Source: a virus (lineage: Duplodnaviria > Caudoviricetes). From it: a stretch of DNA of 26,205 nucleotides. Shown here piece by piece: positions 22,942 through 26,205 of the stretch. Position numbers and translations under genes: made by a program. How positions within the stretch are numbered: position 1 is the stretch's first letter; each line of letters starts with the position of its first letter. The notes below the pieces were generated by a model. That model searched no databases. It worked only from the letters and a program-made list of their open reading frames with translations, and was not told the origin of the DNA. Location: positions 1 to 26,205 of IMG/VR virus record IMGVR_UViG_3300024284_000020. One strand, given 5' to 3'.

Positions 22942-23805
22942 ATGGCCTATAACCCGTGGGTAAATCCCAATCCTGATTTTAATGACCTATGGAACGCTAG
23001 GCCGGGTCAGCCTGCGCCAGCCCCTACCGCACCGCCTTTGCCGCCGATTAACCAGGGTCCACCCGCTGGAGGTCCGGGTGGGATACCGGGGGGTAGTGAT
23101 ATTATCGGCACAGGCACCATTCCGGGTTATGGGCAGGCTAACAGCCAATTGGCTACGACTATTCAGAAGCTACTGAACCCCAATGATCCACAGGCCAATT
23201 ATGATGTGACTTTGCATGGGGCCGAACGAGCGATAGCAGGTGGTATTCCGGGCAGTGGATTAGCGGCTGAGACAACGGGCAGGATGCGACAGGCGGATAT
23301 TGAACGTCGGGCAGCACTGGGGACCAATCTGTTGATGGATCAAGAAGGGATGGACTTAAAGAACAAACTGGCTTCAGGACAGTTGACTCTGGAACAATTA
23401 CGATTGGCTCTGCAAGAGAAGGTGCAGTTGGGACAATTGAGCTTGGAAGGGGCGAGACTGCTATTTAATAACCTGCATGGTGGTTACGGGGGCTATGGTG
23501 GTTATGGTGGGAGCGGGAATATGCCTCGTTACCCTACGACTGCTGGCGCACCGAGCACTGGGGCTTATGCTCCTTCGTTTGGTGGTGGAGGCGTTCAGGT
23601 TCTTTCGACACCGGGGGCAGAAGGTAGTTGGGTAGCGCGACCACCGATTGAAGCTCCTGATAACTGGTCTGACTTAACAGCGTTACAGCAGGGAGATTAT
23701 GCGGCACAATATCGGGCTAATCCTTATAACTACGGTGCGCCTAACCCGTATGAAGGGGATGGTTCAACTTTGCCGCCAGATGATGATCCTTACTGGTATT
23801 TATAA
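22942..23805 (+). CDS. Putative internal virion (ejection) protein
   Basis: Gly/Pro/Gln-rich, AERAIAGGIPGSG, central helical region, (GGY)3 at 23479-23511. Confidence 0.55.
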   Translation: MAYNPWVNPNPDFNDLWNARPGQPAPAPTAPPLPPINQGPPAGGPGGIPGGSDIIGTGTIPGYGQANSQLATTIQKLLNPNDPQANYDVTLHGAERAIAGGIPGSGLAAETTGRMRQADIERRAALGTNLLMDQEGMDLKNKLASGQLTLEQLRLALQEKVQLGQLSLEGARLLFNNLHGGYGGYGGYGGSGNMPRYPTTAGAPSTGAYAPSFGGGGVQVLSTPGAEGSWVARPPIEAPDNWSDLTALQQGDYAAQYRANPYNYGAPNPYEGDGSTLPPDDDPYWYL

Positions 23806-24689
23806 TGCCTACGACAGATGACATTGATTTAGGGCCAGAGGCACAAAGCTTTCCGCCACCTCCGGCAGAACCCGCTCCCGTGCGTCCCTTAGCTCCTGTG
23901 CCGGTTGCACCGCCGCCACCGCCAACAATGAGCGGGACAATTCCCGCACAGAGTTTTGATGATCCTCGTTACCAGCAAAAGATTGAGCGGGAACAGATGG
24001 CGATTTATCAGCGAGCACAGAATGTAGCTCAGGCTGAGAAGGATGTTTCGAGTGCTCGTCGAATGCTTGGTATCCTGAAAGCGGACAGGGAGATTAAGTC
24101 TGGTGTGCCAGTCGAACAGGCGATGTGGAATAACATGCCTTACTTCGCACAGCCGTCGGACATTGTGAAGAATTTCAAGACTTTGATGCCGCCTCGACCG
24201 CCGCAGATGCCGACAGTTACTAATTTTCCCGGCATTCCTACTCCTGCGTTAATTGATCAACGGGGAGTTCCGCATTTTCCACCGTCTAGTGCCATGCCTA
24301 AACCAGAGTTCAAGGCTTCAGTCGAAGAAATTGCTCCGGGGGTGAAAGCGGCTAAGTTGGGACCGAACCACTATCAGCTTTTGGATCGTCCTCAAATCAA
24401 GGGAACTTTAGATGCTGTGACCAAAACACAGATCCAACTGTGGAACGATGAGATCAAGGATTTGCGAACCAGCAAACGAATCGAGACAGGCGAAGCAGCG
24501 AACGCCATTCAACGAGAGATTGCGGATCGGCAAGCTAAGATTATGAAAGCGGCAGCAGGTGCGTCAGCTTCAGCAGGGATGCCAGAACGTATCCGAGTCA
24601 AATCAAAGGATGGAAAGATCGGGACGGTGCCGCGTTCGCAGCTTGATCAAGCGGTCAAAGAGGGGTATTCCCTCTTGAATGGCAATTGA
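23805..24689 (+). CDS. Putative internal virion (ejection) protein
   Basis: Pro-rich and helical; C-terminal IRVKSKDGKIGTVPRSQLDQAVKEGY module. Confidence 0.55.
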   Translation: MPTTDDIDLGPEAQSFPPPPAEPAPVRPLAPVPVAPPPPPTMSGTIPAQSFDDPRYQQKIEREQMAIYQRAQNVAQAEKDVSSARRMLGILKADREIKSGVPVEQAMWNNMPYFAQPSDIVKNFKTLMPPRPPQMPTVTNFPGIPTPALIDQRGVPHFPPSSAMPKPEFKASVEEIAPGVKAAKLGPNHYQLLDRPQIKGTLDAVTKTQIQLWNDEIKDLRTSKRIETGEAANAIQREIADRQAKIMKAAAGASASAGMPERIRVKSKDGKIGTVPRSQLDQAVKEGYSLLNGN

Positions 24690-26205
24690 TTTCGTAGCGG
24701 ACGAAGAACCAAAGGTAGATTTCAAAGCTGATTCTTCTGGTATCGACTTTCAACTAGAGGAACCACCCCGTAACTTTCAGCAAGAGGCAGCAGAGTCGTT
24801 AGCTAAGACGCGGGGGTTAATCCGCGAATCAAGGCAGGCCCGGATGGAAGAAGCAGCAGGCGCACCAGCTATGGCGTTAGCTGTGCCAGAGGCATTGCAA
24901 GAACCTGTTATCCCGGCTGAAAGGTTAATGCCTAAAGTTCCAGCAAGGCCCGGTAGCTGGCAGCGTGGCGTTCAAGAATTCCTTGCGGAGACTGGATCAA
25001 CTCTGAGCACCCCGGCAACTGCTGGAGCGATTGCTTTAACTCCAGTCGCCCCGGAAGTGATGTTGCCGTACTTTGGTTATCAGGGATTAAAAGATTTGCC
25101 TGAAGCAGTGGCTCAGGTAGTGGAAGGAGAAACCCCGGCAGAGAAGGTTAAGGGAACAGGAAGGTCATTGTTGGATGTGGGAATGATTGCGCCAGGATTG
25201 CGGAGTGTAGGCGTTCCGATGCCTCGCTTACCAAGCAGAGCGCCAGAGATGGGAAATGAAGTACGATTTCCTGCACAAGCTACCGAGCAAGATTTGTTAG
25301 CCTCCAAAGCGCGAGAGAAATACATTGCCGAACAGAAAGCAGCCTTGGAGCCAGAGATCGTCGAACCGATCCAACTCAAGCCCGTCGAACCTACCAAGCC
25401 TGCGGAAGTGGTGCCGCCTGCGGAAGCGGGTAAGGTGAATCCTTTAGCACGAGTTGCGGAACCTCCGACACTCATTTCTAAACATGGAAATTATGAAGTC
25501 CAACGTCGATATATTCAAGCAGATGATGAAGATCCAAGCAAGGGCGTTGAACCTGTTTTTGAAGTGTTTCATAAAGGAAATCGGGCAGGACAATTTGGAA
25601 CTGAAAAAGAAGCAGTTGATTTTTCGTTAAGAGAAAGCATTGAGGATGCTGGCTTTCAACGTCCAACTACTAAGCCTACTTCACCTAAACCCACCCCGCC
25701 CCCCGTCACGGAAGTTACGCCGACGGAAGCCAAGGCGGGGGAAGTAGCGAAAGAACCTATAAGCACAAATGAAAAGACTACTGCTGAAACTGTGGGGGCT
25801 GTACCAGCCGGGAATGAGACATCACCTGAACGACAGTTGGGCGAACCTTATCCGACGAGGCCAGTCTGGAAAGTGAGTTACACCGACTTGGAAACAAGGG
25901 CCGCACAACGCCCATTCTTCAATCTTTCAGTTTTCTCGGAAGGCAAAACACGCCAAGAGGCAATCGACAGAGTTAAAAACTTTCACGGCAATAGCAGCAG
26001 ATACGGGGAGTTTAGGGCAAGCAAAGCACCAGAGGGGCAGAAAGCAGATTATCATTTTGAAGAACCTAAAACTACTGAACAACCCGCCGCCGCCCCTCCG
26101 GCCAAGGGGGAGGAAAAGGCGCAAGCTAAGATCTCCTTAGAAAGTCAAACTGAACCAGTTCCGGCAGGATTATGGGTGGACTCAAATGGCAACATGCATC
26201 CAGTT
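24679..26205 (+). CDS. Large putative ejection protein, N-terminal 509 aa (continues past right edge)
   Basis: Not in ORF track. Frame open from ATG 24679 to the edge: MAIDFVADEEPKVDFKADSSGIDF...; Pro/Glu/Ala-rich. Confidence 0.7.
   Translation, partial: MAIDFVADEEPKVDFKADSSGIDFQLEEPPRNFQQEAAESLAKTRGLIRESRQARMEEAAGAPAMALAVPEALQEPVIPAERLMPKVPARPGSWQRGVQEFLAETGSTLSTPATAGAIALTPVAPEVMLPYFGYQGLKDLPEAVAQVVEGETPAEKVKGTGRSLLDVGMIAPGLRSVGVPMPRLPSRAPEMGNEVRFPAQATEQDLLASKAREKYIAEQKAALEPEIVEPIQLKPVEPTKPAEVVPPAEAGKVNPLARVAEPPTLISKHGNYEVQRRYIQADDEDPSKGVEPVFEVFHKGNRAGQFGTEKEAVDFSLRESIEDAGFQRPTTKPTSPKPTPPPVTEVTPTEAKAGEVAKEPISTNEKTTAETVGAVPAGNETSPERQLGEPYPTRPVWKVSYTDLETRAAQRPFFNLSVFSEGKTRQEAIDRVKNFHGNSSRYGEFRASKAPEGQKADYHFEEPKTTEQPAAAPPAKGEEKAQAKISLESQTEPVPAGLWVDSNGNMHPV

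Overview
The window is the virion morphogenesis region of a tailed dsDNA phage with a podovirus-like gene set. Two arms diverge from a 23-44 bp gap at about 16120-16163. The minus arm runs: large terminase, Cys-motif protein, a coupled block of three glycosyltransferase-like and two methyltransferase genes, portal, a 37-aa acidic peptide, a PurD-like ATP-grasp ligase, small ORFs, scaffold, accessory genes (membrane Zn-finger, HiPIP-like, HTH, HNH), a highly structured ~225-nt leader, and the probable major capsid protein (runs off the left edge; absent from the ORF track). The plus arm encodes a tail nozzle-like protein, Ig/Cys-rich virion proteins interrupted by an antisense HNH/zinc-finger gene, an adaptor-like protein and Pro-rich probable ejection proteins (the last runs off the right edge). 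Best candidates for something new: a virion-modification system embedded in the head operon (glycan synthesis and methylation, plus an ATP-grasp ligase with a coupled acidic peptide), the structured capsid leader, a repeated atypical promoter, and a possibly HNH-split structural gene. All calls rest on motif reading and gene order; no searches were run and the host cannot be determined.
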